A stretch of 64,000 bases of DNA from Alphaproteobacteria bacterium (GTDB taxonomy: Bacteria; Pseudomonadota; Alphaproteobacteria; MPNO01), in assembly GCA_964291675.2 (NCBI GenBank), contig OZ219865.1:704001-768000 (forward strand). Reading direction: 5' to 3'. The position numbers and the translations under genes are program-made. Under the pieces are notes generated by a model. The model did no database searches and had not been told where the DNA came from. It worked only from the letters and a program-made list of their open reading frames with translations. Positions 9,217-18,216 of the stretch are shown in pieces (the stretch's first letter is position 1; every line of letters starts with the position of its first letter).

Positions 9217-9836
9217 GTCCGGTCGTTCTGACTACTGTTTCGGGCGCGGAAGCCGCTCCATTTAGCAGATCGGCCGCGGCGGCGTGAGGGGGGTCGCGGG
9301 ACCAGCATGCGCCGCAGCGTCGATCCCCGGTCGACGAAATGATGCTTGAGCGCCGCGCCGGCATGCCCCGCGACCAGGACGATCAGCCCGTAGGCCAGGT
9401 AGAAGTGGAGTTCGATGGCGAGGTCGCGGGTCCGCTCCGATATTTCGAACAGCGCGGGCAGCTCGAACACGCCGAACATGTCGATTCCCGCGCCCTCGGA
9501 GGTCGATATCGCGTAGCCGGTGACCGGGAGAAGCACGATGGCGGCGTTCAGGACCCAGTGCATCGCCGTCGCGCCCGCCCGCTCCCAGGCCCCGACCCCG
9601 GGGTCGAAGCCGGGGCCGCGGCCGGCGGCCCGCCAGCCGAGCTTGGCCGCCGCAAGCGCCAGCACCGCGATGCCGAACGCCTTGTGGAGCGCCAGCGACT
9701 CGTTGTACCAGGGATCGTAATAGGTGAGCCCCACCATCCAGGCGCCGAGCGCCACCAGGCCGATCGTGCCGAGGGCGATGGTCCAGTGCAGCGCGATCGA
9801 GACCAGACCGTAGCCGTCGGCGCCGTTGCGCCACAT
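9213..9836 (-). CDS. Cytochrome b561 (YceJ-like)
   Basis: LHW, LHKAFG, MHW, LHFYLAY and HAGAALKHH heme-ligand pattern with four hydrophobic segments. Confidence 0.88.
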   Translation of the reverse strand: MWRNGADGYGLVSIALHWTIALGTIGLVALGAWMVGLTYYDPWYNESLALHKAFGIAVLALAAAKLGWRAAGRGPGFDPGVGAWERAGATAMHWVLNAAIVLLPVTGYAISTSEGAGIDMFGVFELPALFEISERTRDLAIELHFYLAYGLIVLVAGHAGAALKHHFVDRGSTLRRMLVPRPPSRRRGRSAKWSGFRARNSSQNDRT

Positions 9837-9851
9837 GGCGGCGCTCTCCGG

Positions 9852-10427
9852 CTAGTTGCGGATGCCCTCGATGGAGAGGAAGAACTGCATCGTCTCCGAC
9901 GCCGGGCCCAGCATGCGCCCGGCGTTGAAATCCCGCCGGTTGAGCGTCACCGTGCCCTCGAAGCCGGCCCGGTAGCCGCCCCAGGGATCGTCCCCCTCGC
10001 CCACCTTCTTCACCGCGATGGCGATCGGCCTGGTCACCCCCATCAGCGTGAGCTTGCCCGTCATCGTGCCGCCCCCGGCGCCGCCCTCGTAGCCGGTGCT
10101 GACGAAACCCGCCCTCGGGAACCTCTGCACGTTGAGGAAGCCCGGCGAGCGCAGATGCTTGTCGCGCTCGGCATGGCCGGTATCGATGCTGGCGGTCTCG
10201 ATCTCGACCGAGACGCTCTGGCCCGCCGGCCCCGCCGCGGGATCGAAGGTGAAGCTGCCGGAGATCCCGTCGAAGACGCCGACCATCCAGGAAAAGCCGA
10301 GATGGGAGATCTTGAACTGGACGACGCTGTGCGCCGGGTCGATGCGGTACTCGGCGGCGCGGCTCGCCGCGCCGGGGAATGCGATGACGGCCACGGCGAG
10401 CAGAGCCCCCAGGACGCGTGCGTTCAT
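9852..10427 (-). CDS. yceI: YceI family periplasmic protein
   Basis: Signal peptide; YRIDPAHS, SIDTGHAERDKHLRS and DPWGGYRAGFEG motifs. Confidence 0.9.
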   Translation of the reverse strand: MNARVLGALLAVAVIAFPGAASRAAEYRIDPAHSVVQFKISHLGFSWMVGVFDGISGSFTFDPAAGPAGQSVSVEIETASIDTGHAERDKHLRSPGFLNVQRFPRAGFVSTGYEGGAGGGTMTGKLTLMGVTRPIAIAVKKVGEGDDPWGGYRAGFEGTVTLNRRDFNAGRMLGPASETMQFFLSIEGIRN

Positions 10428-10449
10428 TGCGCAAACCTCCATGCGATGT

Positions 10450-11628
10450 TCAACCGGTACGAAACAGGCCCTCCGCCGGCGCGAGCTCGCGGCTGTCGGG
10501 GAAGACCGCGTCTTCGACGGCGGCCGGAGAGACGCCAAGGTGGCCGATCAGCACCCCCTTGAAAAGGCTCTCGTAGTCCGTGGTCGACCGGATGTCCCGC
10601 CCCTCGTGCAGTGCTGACGGGCCGAGACCCGGCCAGGCGCCGGCGATGCGCCCGCCCTTGACCGCGCCGCCCAGCAGGACGGCGAGCCCGCCGACCCCGT
10701 GATCGGTTCCCCGGCTGCCGTTCTCCGCCGCGGTACGCCCGAACTCGGAGACCACCATCACGGCGGTTTCGCGCCAGTCGCTCCCGAGCCCGTCCCTGAG
10801 GGCGACAAGCCCGGCGGACAATTGTTCGAACAGGCCGGAGAGCCGCCGGTCCTGGGCGAAATGCGTGTCCCAGCCCTGCGACTCCATCACCGCGACCCGC
10901 GGCCCCTCTGGACGGGAGAGCAGCTCCGCCGCCGCCTTCGCCGCGATTTCCAATTCCTTGCCGCGCCTCGCCCGCTCATCCATCGCCCCGTCCATGGCCG
11001 GCTGCATGCCGCCTCTCGCATCGGTCAGGGCGCGGGCGAACGGCGGGTCGCCGCGATAGGTGTAGGCCAGGCGCCGGAGAAAATCCTCATCCGCCTTCGG
11101 CAGCGGGCTGTCGGCCCAGGTGACCACCGGCGCAGCGCCGCGCAGCAGGAGGGGGATTGCCGGGCCCAGCGCGAGCCCGAGCCGGCGGTCGCCCCGTCCC
11201 AGGCTGGCGAGCGCGCGGTTGAGCCAGCCGTCGGCGGCGCCGAAGGGTATGCCGCTGCCGTTCTCCAGCAGGTTCTGGCCGTCGAAATGCGAGCGGTCCC
11301 GGTAGCGGGTGGCCGCCGCCGGAACCACCAGGAGCTCGCCCGCCGCGAACAGGCGGTGCAGCGGCGCCAGCGCCGGGTGGAGACCGAAATACCCGTCGAG
11401 GTCCAGCGCGCCGCCTTCTTCGCCCGGCGCCGCAACGGCGAGGTTGGGCCGCAGCTCCCGGTATTTGGCGTCGGCATGGGGAGGCACGGCGTGGAGGGCG
11501 TCGAGCCCGCCCCGCAGCACCACGAGGACGAACCTGCGCTCGGTCGGCGCCGCCGCGAGCGACAGGCGGGGCATTCCGGCCGCGGCTCCGGCGGCGCACA
11601 GCTTCAGAAAGATGCGGCGGTCGATCAT
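10450..11628 (-). CDS. DUF1501 domain protein with Tat-like signal
   Basis: IDRRIFLK, LRGGLD, RSHFDGQ, GWDTH and SEFGRT...GTDHG motifs. Confidence 0.88.
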   Translation of the reverse strand: MIDRRIFLKLCAAGAAAGMPRLSLAAAPTERRFVLVVLRGGLDALHAVPPHADAKYRELRPNLAVAAPGEEGGALDLDGYFGLHPALAPLHRLFAAGELLVVPAAATRYRDRSHFDGQNLLENGSGIPFGAADGWLNRALASLGRGDRRLGLALGPAIPLLLRGAAPVVTWADSPLPKADEDFLRRLAYTYRGDPPFARALTDARGGMQPAMDGAMDERARRGKELEIAAKAAAELLSRPEGPRVAVMESQGWDTHFAQDRRLSGLFEQLSAGLVALRDGLGSDWRETAVMVVSEFGRTAAENGSRGTDHGVGGLAVLLGGAVKGGRIAGAWPGLGPSALHEGRDIRSTTDYESLFKGVLIGHLGVSPAAVEDAVFPDSRELAPAEGLFRTG

Positions 11629-11630
11629 TG

Positions 11631-12977
11631 TCACCTCCTCTGGAACTCGGCGGCCGCCAGCACCAGCGCCACCCCGGCATCGCCCGACGGCGCGAGCTCG
11701 ACCATCCGCCTGGTCTCCGCCGAGGCCACCGGGCCGATCGAGCGATCGAGCAGGGCGGCCGGCGGTTCCGACTTCGACGCCCTGGCGGCGATGGCGCGGA
11801 GCCATTCGATCCGCCTGAGCAGCGCCTCGGGCGCGATCCAGTGCCGGGCCTCGTCGGGCCAGCCCTGCGGCGAGGGCGCGCTAAAAGGTTCCTGGCCCAT
11901 GATCCTGAGCGGCGTGCGCAGATCGCGGAAGCCGAACGCCTCGATGCCGAGCGTCCGCAGCGCCGATACCACCAGCTCGTAGGGCGTCTTGACCTTGGGC
12001 AGCGGGTCTCGCCACACGGCCTCGAGCCGGGCAAGCGCGCGGGAGACCTGCGCCAGGTCGCCGCCGCTGTCCCGGAAGACGCCGGCGATCCGCTCGATCT
12101 CGGGTTTCGGCGGATCGTCGGCCACGAAATGCCGGACCAGCTTGGTCGCGACGAAGCGGGCGGTCGAGCTGTGGCGGGCGAGATCGCGCATCGCCGCCTT
12201 CGCCTGCTCCACGCCTTCCTCGGGATAAACCTTGCCGAGCACGGTTCTGGGGCCGGGCTCGTGCATCTCGTGCCTGAAGACGAAGCCGCCGGAAACCGGC
12301 ACGTCCCGGCGCCGGCCGACCATCCCGCCATGGGTCCAGCCGGTCAGCGCCTTGGCGAGCTCGGTCACGTCGGATTGCGCATACCCGCCATCCACCCCCA
12401 GCGTGTGGAGCTCCAGGATCTCGCGGGCGAGGTTCTCGTTGATCCCGCGCCCGGTACGCTGCCCGATCCGGGAGTTGGGCCCGAAGGACAGGTTGTTGTC
12501 GAGATAGGACAACATGCAGACATGGCCGGCCACGGCCAGCAGCATGTCCTCGAACCGGCCGAAGACGTGCGGGCGGATCGCCTCGCGCTCGTAGGCGGGC
12601 AGCGCCGGGCCGACGATCGCCTTGGTGCGCGATACCGTGAAATGGTTCGACCAGAACAGCACCATGCGCTCGACGAAGGGCGTGCGCGTCGTCACCGCAT
12701 GCCGCGCGCGGGCGGCGATCTCGGGCGCGAAGCTCTCCCGGTAGTGGCGGCGCGCGGTATCGCGCAGCGCTTCCGGGCCCTCCAGCCGCGCCTCGTGGAT
12801 CTGCTCCACGATCGAGGCCGCGCCCGGGAAGGCAGCGAGAGAGTCCGGCACCCGCTGCCGGGGGACGATCTGCCGTTCGATCCACCCGATGGGATCGGCC
12901 GCGACCGACTCCGCATCGCCCGGCCCGGCTCCGAGGCCGAAGCGGTTGAGCGCGATATAGCTCGCAAGGTCCTGCAT
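11631..12977 (-). CDS. DUF1800 domain protein
   Basis: NRFGLG, ERMVLFWSNHF, YLDN and NENLAREILELHTLGV motifs; usual partner of DUF1501. Confidence 0.9.
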   Translation of the reverse strand: MQDLASYIALNRFGLGAGPGDAESVAADPIGWIERQIVPRQRVPDSLAAFPGAASIVEQIHEARLEGPEALRDTARRHYRESFAPEIAARARHAVTTRTPFVERMVLFWSNHFTVSRTKAIVGPALPAYEREAIRPHVFGRFEDMLLAVAGHVCMLSYLDNNLSFGPNSRIGQRTGRGINENLAREILELHTLGVDGGYAQSDVTELAKALTGWTHGGMVGRRRDVPVSGGFVFRHEMHEPGPRTVLGKVYPEEGVEQAKAAMRDLARHSSTARFVATKLVRHFVADDPPKPEIERIAGVFRDSGGDLAQVSRALARLEAVWRDPLPKVKTPYELVVSALRTLGIEAFGFRDLRTPLRIMGQEPFSAPSPQGWPDEARHWIAPEALLRRIEWLRAIAARASKSEPPAALLDRSIGPVASAETRRMVELAPSGDAGVALVLAAAEFQRR

Positions 12978-13115
12978 GGCGATCGTCCTCCACCTCTCCC
13001 TGACACGCGCGGGACGGCGATATCCGTCGCCTCCGGGGAGAGGCTTGGTGCGGAGGTTGAAGCCCGGGGCATGTGTGCGTATGTTTTCCTTACAATCTTA
13101 CTATCGGAAGACCCT

Positions 13116-13352
13116 ATGCTGGCCAAGCTCACCTCCAAGAACCAGCTGACGCTGCCGAAGGCGGTCCTGGCGTTCTGTCCGGGAACCGAGTATTTCGAAG
13201 TCTCGCAGGACAAGGGAAGGATCGTGCTGACTCCCGTACGCCTCAACCGGGCCGATGCCGTACGCGCCAAGCTCGCCGAGCTTGGCATCGGCGAGGAAGA
13301 CGCGGCCGACGCGGTCGCATGGGCCCGCAGCGGAGACCGCAAGACCGGATGA
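13116..13352 (+). CDS. AbrB/MazE/SpoVT family antitoxin
   Basis: MLAKLTSKNQLTLPK...RIVLTP swapped-hairpin signature; ATGA overlap with the PIN gene. Confidence 0.85.
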   Translation: MLAKLTSKNQLTLPKAVLAFCPGTEYFEVSQDKGRIVLTPVRLNRADAVRAKLAELGIGEEDAADAVAWARSGDRKTG

Positions 13353-13777
13353 CGGCGCCGCGCGTGGTGCTCGACACCAATGTACTGCTCTCGGCATTGC
13401 TGTTCCCTGCGCACTCGCTTGCCTGGCTGCGGCACGCCTGGCAATCGGGCTCCATCATCCCGCTGGCCAGCCGGGCCACGACGGAAGAGCTGATCCGCGT
13501 CCTCGCCTATCCTAAGTTCGCTCTGGCCGAGGACGACCGCGAAGACCTTCTGGGCGACTACCTGCCCTGGTGCGAGGCTTACGCCGTCCCCGACTTGACG
13601 GGACTTCCCCATTGCCGCGATCCGTTCGACCGGCCCTTCCTCGCCCTGGCCCTCGCCGCCAAGGCCGACGCGCTGGTGACCGGCGACAAGGGTCTGCTGG
13701 CGCTGGCAGGCGGCTTCGACGTTCCGATCCTGACGCCGGTCGCGTTCAGGAAACGCCTGGCCGAAGGGAGGGGGTGA
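13349..13777 (+). CDS. PIN-domain toxin (VapC-like)
   Basis: [23 protein letters not shown] and LVTGDKGLL motifs. Confidence 0.88.
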   Translation: MTAPRVVLDTNVLLSALLFPAHSLAWLRHAWQSGSIIPLASRATTEELIRVLAYPKFALAEDDREDLLGDYLPWCEAYAVPDLTGLPHCRDPFDRPFLALALAAKADALVTGDKGLLALAGGFDVPILTPVAFRKRLAEGRG

Positions 13778-13789
13778 TACCGGCACCCC

Positions 13790-15234
13790 TCAGGGCGAAC
13801 TGTCGCCATCCCCCGCCCCCCGGCTCCGCAACAGCCGCAGCACCGCGTCCGCCGCCCGGTCGGCCGGGAGCGCCGTCGTATCGATGCGCAAATCCGGGGT
13901 CTCCGGCGGCTCGTAGGGCGAATCGATCCCGGTGAAGTTCGCCAGCTCTCCGCGCCGCGCCTTGGCGTAGAGCCCCCTGGGGTCGCGCGCCTCGCAGACT
14001 TCGACGGGGGTGTCGACGAACACCTCGAAGAACTCCCCCCTCCTCCATCGTCCCCCGCGCCATCGCGCGTTCCGAGCGAAACGGGGAGATCAGGGCGACG
14101 ATGACGATCAGCCCGGCATCGACCATCAGCTTCGCGACCTCGGCCACCCGGCGGATGTTCTCGACCCGGTCCCGGTCGGTGAAGCCGAGATCCCGGCTGA
14201 GTCCGTGGCGCAGATTATTCCCGTCCAGCAGATAGGTGTGCCGCCCCGCCGCCTGGAGCTTCCGTTCCACGAGGTCGGCGACGGTCGACTTGCCCGCCCC
14301 CGGCAGCCCGGTCAGCCAGACCACGCAGGGTTCTTGGCCGAGCGCGCGCCCGCGCCGCCTTGTCGATCCCGGTCTCCTGCCAGGCGATGCTGGAAGCGCG
14401 GCGGAGCGCGAAGCGGAGCGCGCCGGCCCCCACCGTGGCGCCGCTGAACCGGTCGGCCAGCTCGAACGCGCCCGCCGCGCCGGTGGCGAACGGAACCGGA
14501 CGGTCGAGCGCGATCTTGCAATAGCCGATCTCGTTCGCCGCCAGCGTCTTGGCGGCGAGATGCCGCAGCGTCTCGATTTCGACCCGGTGCGTCAGGTCGG
14601 TCACCTGCGCGACGGCCGACGCGCCGGCGAAACGCGCCCGATAGGCCCGTCCGGGCAGCATCGGCTCGGCACCCGTCCAGATCAGGTCGACGGCGAACTG
14701 GTCGGCCGGTTGCGTCGGCCGGGTCCGCCCCGCCGCCGCATCGCCGCGATCGATCTCGGCGCCATCGAGCGCTTCGATCAGCGTCGGGCCGTCATACCGG
14801 CGGGCCGCCAAGACCTCCTCTCCCGCCCGCCCGGGGAGAGGCACGGCGTTCACGTCGTCGATCCCGAGCTCGCGCGCGAAGGCACGACATTCCTCGGCCA
14901 GGGCCGCGAACGCGTCGCCGCCGCAATCCGCCAGGTCCATCCTGTCGATCGCCAGGATCGCCCGGCGGATTCCGCTCAGCGCGGCGATGTGGAGCTGCCG
15001 CCGGGTCCCCGCCGGAACGCCCGCGCGGGCATCGACCATGACCAGGGCGAGGTCGGCGCCCGCCGCCGCGGCGAGGGAGCTTCGCGTGTACCGCCCGTCG
15101 CCGGGCATGTCGATGGCGACGAGGCGGCGGGTATCGGTCTCGAAAGGCAGGGCGGCGGCCGCCGCGCCGCAAACGATGACGCGGAGCTCCGGCTTCGAGC
15201 CGCCGAACCCGCCCGGGGCTTCGGCATCCGTCAC
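13790..15234 (-). pseudogene. cysNC: Degenerate, doubly frameshifted CysN-CysC (sulfate adenylyltransferase subunit 1 / APS kinase) fusion
   Basis: Three frames give CysN-like remnants, then [13 protein letters not shown]...[11 protein letters not shown]...[10 protein letters not shown], then [18 protein letters not shown]...FTGIDSPYE; shifts at ~14345 and ~14038. Confidence 0.8.
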
Positions 15235-15266
15235 CGCCTTCTCGCCCTCATTTCGCCACCGTAGAG

Positions 15267-15295
15267 AACTTACCCCAAAACGCGTCCCATGTCAA
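15267..15295 (-). promoter_or_regulatory. Putative sigma70 promoter TTGACA-N17-TAAGTT upstream of cysNC
   Basis: Consensus -35, 17-nt spacer and an AT-rich upstream tract at 15296-15325. Confidence 0.6.
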
Positions 15296-15326
15296 GGATT
15301 ATTTTCCTGATACGCAATTTTTTAAG

Positions 15327-17339
15327 CTACAGCTCGGGCACCGAGCGGGCCGGCGCGATGTCGATCCGGTCGCCCGGAGAGGCGCGGACGATGGCAAGGC
15401 TGGATGCGCCGGCGAGCACGGCCTGGCCCTCGCCGGCGATCCGCGCCCAGGCCCTGAGCGGCGCGCCGCGGCCGGTCGAGACCTCGACCAGGGCGCCGTC
15501 GGCGATGCCGGCCTGCTCGGCGATCCCGGCGGGCACGATGACGCGGCGCCTGGTGCCGTCGAACATCTCCTCGTTCGCCGCCTCGATCCGCGGCCTCGGC
15601 CGCGCCGCCGCCAGCGCCTCCCGCTTCGCGCGCGTCGCTTGCGGATCGACCGAGAGATCGGGGCCGAGCGCCACGCCGTAGCGGCGTTCGGCCTGGCCGG
15701 GGGTCAGGTAGTCCCCGACCACGTCCTCGCGCACCCGCTCCGGGTCGCGCGACAGCGGATCGCCGTGACCGCCGCCGCCGGCGGTCTCCTCGCGCACCAC
15801 GTCGCCCGCCTCCAACCGGAAGCCCGACACCTTGCCCGGCATGTCGGAGGGCTCGACCGTCTCGCCGCCGCGGATGACGAAGAACCGGTTGGACGCCCCC
15901 GCCCTGCCGCCCTCGACGCCGTAGGGCGGGATGACATTCTTCTCCGACAGCACCGACAGCATCGCGCTCTCGCCGAGGATGCGGATGTCGCGGCGCAGCC
16001 CGAACCCGCCGCGAAACGCGCCGTCGCCGCAGCAGCCCCGGCGCAGCTCGCAGCGCTCGACGCGCAGCGGGAACGCGCCCTCGACGGTCTCCACCGACTG
16101 GATCGAGTTGAAGTCGCCCTCGTTGTAGCTGCGGCACGCGTTGTTGCCGTCGACGCCGAGGGAAGCCCCGGTGCCGCCCGCCGGCCACTCGTAGTGGATA
16201 TAGGTGCCCTCGCCGCCGGGTGCCGGACCGGCGATGTGGATGTGGTTGGCCCCGCCCTTCAGGTCGCCCACGCTCATCTCCGGCACCACCTGGCTCATCG
16301 CCGAGGCAACCACGGCATCGATCAGGAACTTGACCTCCGCCATGCCGCCGCAGGGCGCGGTCTCGCGCGCGTTCACGATGCTGCGCTCGGGGGCGATCAC
16401 GGTAATCGGGTTGAACGAGCCGTGGTTGATCGGCGTCTTCGGATCGAGGAAGGCCTTGACGATGGTGCCGGCCCCGTTGAGCGCCATCGCCGGCCCGCAA
16501 TTGGTGGGCCCGTTGGTCTGCGCCGAGGTGCCGGTAAAATCGGCAGTGATCTCCTCGCCGTCCACGGTGAGCTTGAGGCGGACGACCAGCGGCTCGGGGT
16601 TGGTGCCGTCGCTCTCGATATAGCCCTCGGCGAAATAGACGCCGTCCGGGCATTCGGCGATCCGGGCGCGCAGCAGGCCCTCCGAGCGCCGCATCAACTC
16701 CTCGATCCCGTCGAGCAGCCCCTGCCCGCCGAAGCGCACGAACAGCCGTCCGATATGCTCGGCCGCCTTGCGGCCCGTCCCCAGCATCGCGTTGAAGTCG
16801 CCGAGGCGTTCGTTGCGCCCCCGCATGTTGTTGAACAGGAGCTCGAGAAAGGCGTCGTTCATCGCGCCCCTGGAGCAGATCCGGGTCGGCGCGATCCGCA
16901 TCCCCTCCTGGTAGACCTCGTTCACCCGTCCCGACAGGCTGCCCGGCGTCATGCCGCCGACATCGTTCCAGTGGCAGCGGATGGCGGCGAACATGGCCAG
17001 CCGGCCGGCGAAGAACACCGGGTGCAGCAGCAGCACGTCGTTGAGATGGGTACCGCCGGTATAGGGGTCGTTGTGCAGGAACAGATCGCCCTCGTGGATG
17101 TCGCCGGCGAAGGCCTCGACCACGCGCTGCGTCGAATAGGGCACGGCGAAGATGTGCAGCGGATGGTCGGCCAGCCCCTGGGCGATCTGCCGCCCGTCGG
17201 CCGACATCAGCGCGCAGGAGAAATCGTGCCCCTCGTAGATGATCGGCGCGTAGGACGAGTGGATGATGTTGGCGCGCATCTCGTTGACCACGGCGATCAG
17301 CGATTCGCGGATCAATTCGAGGCGAACGATCGGGTTCAT
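15327..17339 (-). CDS. Hydantoinase B/oxoprolinase family protein with C-terminal extension
   Basis: HNDPYTGGTHLND, HWNDVGGMTPGS, YQEG, GDGAFRGGFG and TAGGGGHGDP motifs. Confidence 0.92.
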   Translation of the reverse strand: MNPIVRLELIRESLIAVVNEMRANIIHSSYAPIIYEGHDFSCALMSADGRQIAQGLADHPLHIFAVPYSTQRVVEAFAGDIHEGDLFLHNDPYTGGTHLNDVLLLHPVFFAGRLAMFAAIRCHWNDVGGMTPGSLSGRVNEVYQEGMRIAPTRICSRGAMNDAFLELLFNNMRGRNERLGDFNAMLGTGRKAAEHIGRLFVRFGGQGLLDGIEELMRRSEGLLRARIAECPDGVYFAEGYIESDGTNPEPLVVRLKLTVDGEEITADFTGTSAQTNGPTNCGPAMALNGAGTIVKAFLDPKTPINHGSFNPITVIAPERSIVNARETAPCGGMAEVKFLIDAVVASAMSQVVPEMSVGDLKGGANHIHIAGPAPGGEGTYIHYEWPAGGTGASLGVDGNNACRSYNEGDFNSIQSVETVEGAFPLRVERCELRRGCCGDGAFRGGFGLRRDIRILGESAMLSVLSEKNVIPPYGVEGGRAGASNRFFVIRGGETVEPSDMPGKVSGFRLEAGDVVREETAGGGGHGDPLSRDPERVREDVVGDYLTPGQAERRYGVALGPDLSVDPQATRAKREALAAARPRPRIEAANEEMFDGTRRRVIVPAGIAEQAGIADGALVEVSTGRGAPLRAWARIAGEGQAVLAGASSLAIVRASPGDRIDIAPARSVPEL

Positions 17340-17367
17340 CGGCGGCGACCTTCGTGGCGGGCGCCGG

Positions 17368-17396
17368 ACCCTATAGCGTATCCGCCCGGGATGGAA
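17368..17396 (-). promoter_or_regulatory. Putative sigma70-type promoter TTCCAT-N17-TAGGGT
   Basis: Same architecture and same distance to ATG as 3501-3529. Confidence 0.45.
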
Positions 17397-17439
17397 CCGT
17401 GGCGGCGCGGCGGGGCGTCGATGCGGTCCGGGGTGCGCG

Positions 17440-17841
17440 TCAACCGAATCCCGGCAATCCTTCCGCCGCAGCGGCATCGTTCAACCGGCGGTCGAGCGTG
17501 GCCAGCGGACAATATTCCTGGGTCGCGAGAGCGAGATAGCTCGCGTCGTAGGCGGTCAGGCGGTGACGACGCGCCAGGGCAAGAACGTGATCGTCCTCGG
17601 CCTGGCGTGGAACGTGGATGGGAAGCCGCCGGATGCGCGCCATGGACGTATCGGCATGGCGCCGGTCGATGCGTCCACGGCGCTCGGCGGAAATCAGGAT
17701 GTTGCGCAGCTCGTGCCAGAAGAGGTCCGGAACGCTGGCGGTCTCCTCGGCGAGCCGTTCGACGGCCGATTCCGCCAGCGCGGCCCGCTCGTCGGGCAGA
17801 AGCCAGGCGGCCGCGATGGAGGCGTCGATCACGTATGCCAT
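17440..17841 (-). CDS. vapC: VapC family PIN toxin
   Basis: YVIDASIAAAW, WHELRN, LTAYDASYLALA and LATLD motifs. Confidence 0.88.
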   Translation of the reverse strand: MAYVIDASIAAAWLLPDERAALAESAVERLAEETASVPDLFWHELRNILISAERRGRIDRRHADTSMARIRRLPIHVPRQAEDDHVLALARRHRLTAYDASYLALATQEYCPLATLDRRLNDAAAAEGLPGFG

Positions 17842-18083
17842 CAGCGCGCGTGTCCTTCGTGGCGCCAGGAAAGGATTTCGGCCGTGGTCACTGGCTGCTG
17901 CTTGGCCCTTTCGCGCCGGAGAGTTTCGACAAGGGCGGCGTGGTCGGAAGCGGAGACGATCCGCGTGACGCGTGCGATCGGCGTGGAACCGCGGCAGATG
18001 ACGAGGTCTTCGCCGGCTTCGACCTGGGCGAGTAGCGCGGACAGGTGCGTCTTGGCTTCTCCGATCTTTACGTGGCGTGCCAT
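17841..18083 (-). CDS. Phd/YefM family antitoxin
   Basis: VKIGEAKTHLSALLAQVEAGEDLVICRGSTPIARV. Confidence 0.88.
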   Translation of the reverse strand: MARHVKIGEAKTHLSALLAQVEAGEDLVICRGSTPIARVTRIVSASDHAALVETLRRERAKQQPVTTAEILSWRHEGHAR

Positions 18084-18132
18084 GTTTGCGGTGTTCCCTG
18101 CGCCGTTCCGACTTCGAGCCTCGACGCTATCG

Positions 18133-18154
18133 TTGGTCAAGTGCTTGGTCAAGT
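18133..18154. promoter_or_regulatory. Probable TA operator, tandem TTGGTCAAGT boxes
   Basis: Two identical 10-mers with a near-palindromic core, 12-bp period, upstream of the antitoxin. Confidence 0.55.
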
Positions 18155-18216
18155 CAATGACGGCGTCGGCGCCACCGCCTCTTGGCTTGCCCTGGCGCCG
18201 CGGCTAGGTTCCGCCG

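Noticed and set aside
5857-9231. Very long alternative ORFs (e.g. 1124 aa here, 988 aa at 54716, 834 aa at 24179, 798 aa at 15639)
   Set aside because: Antisense or off-frame shadows of well-supported genes, expected at this GC content and without recognisable motifs
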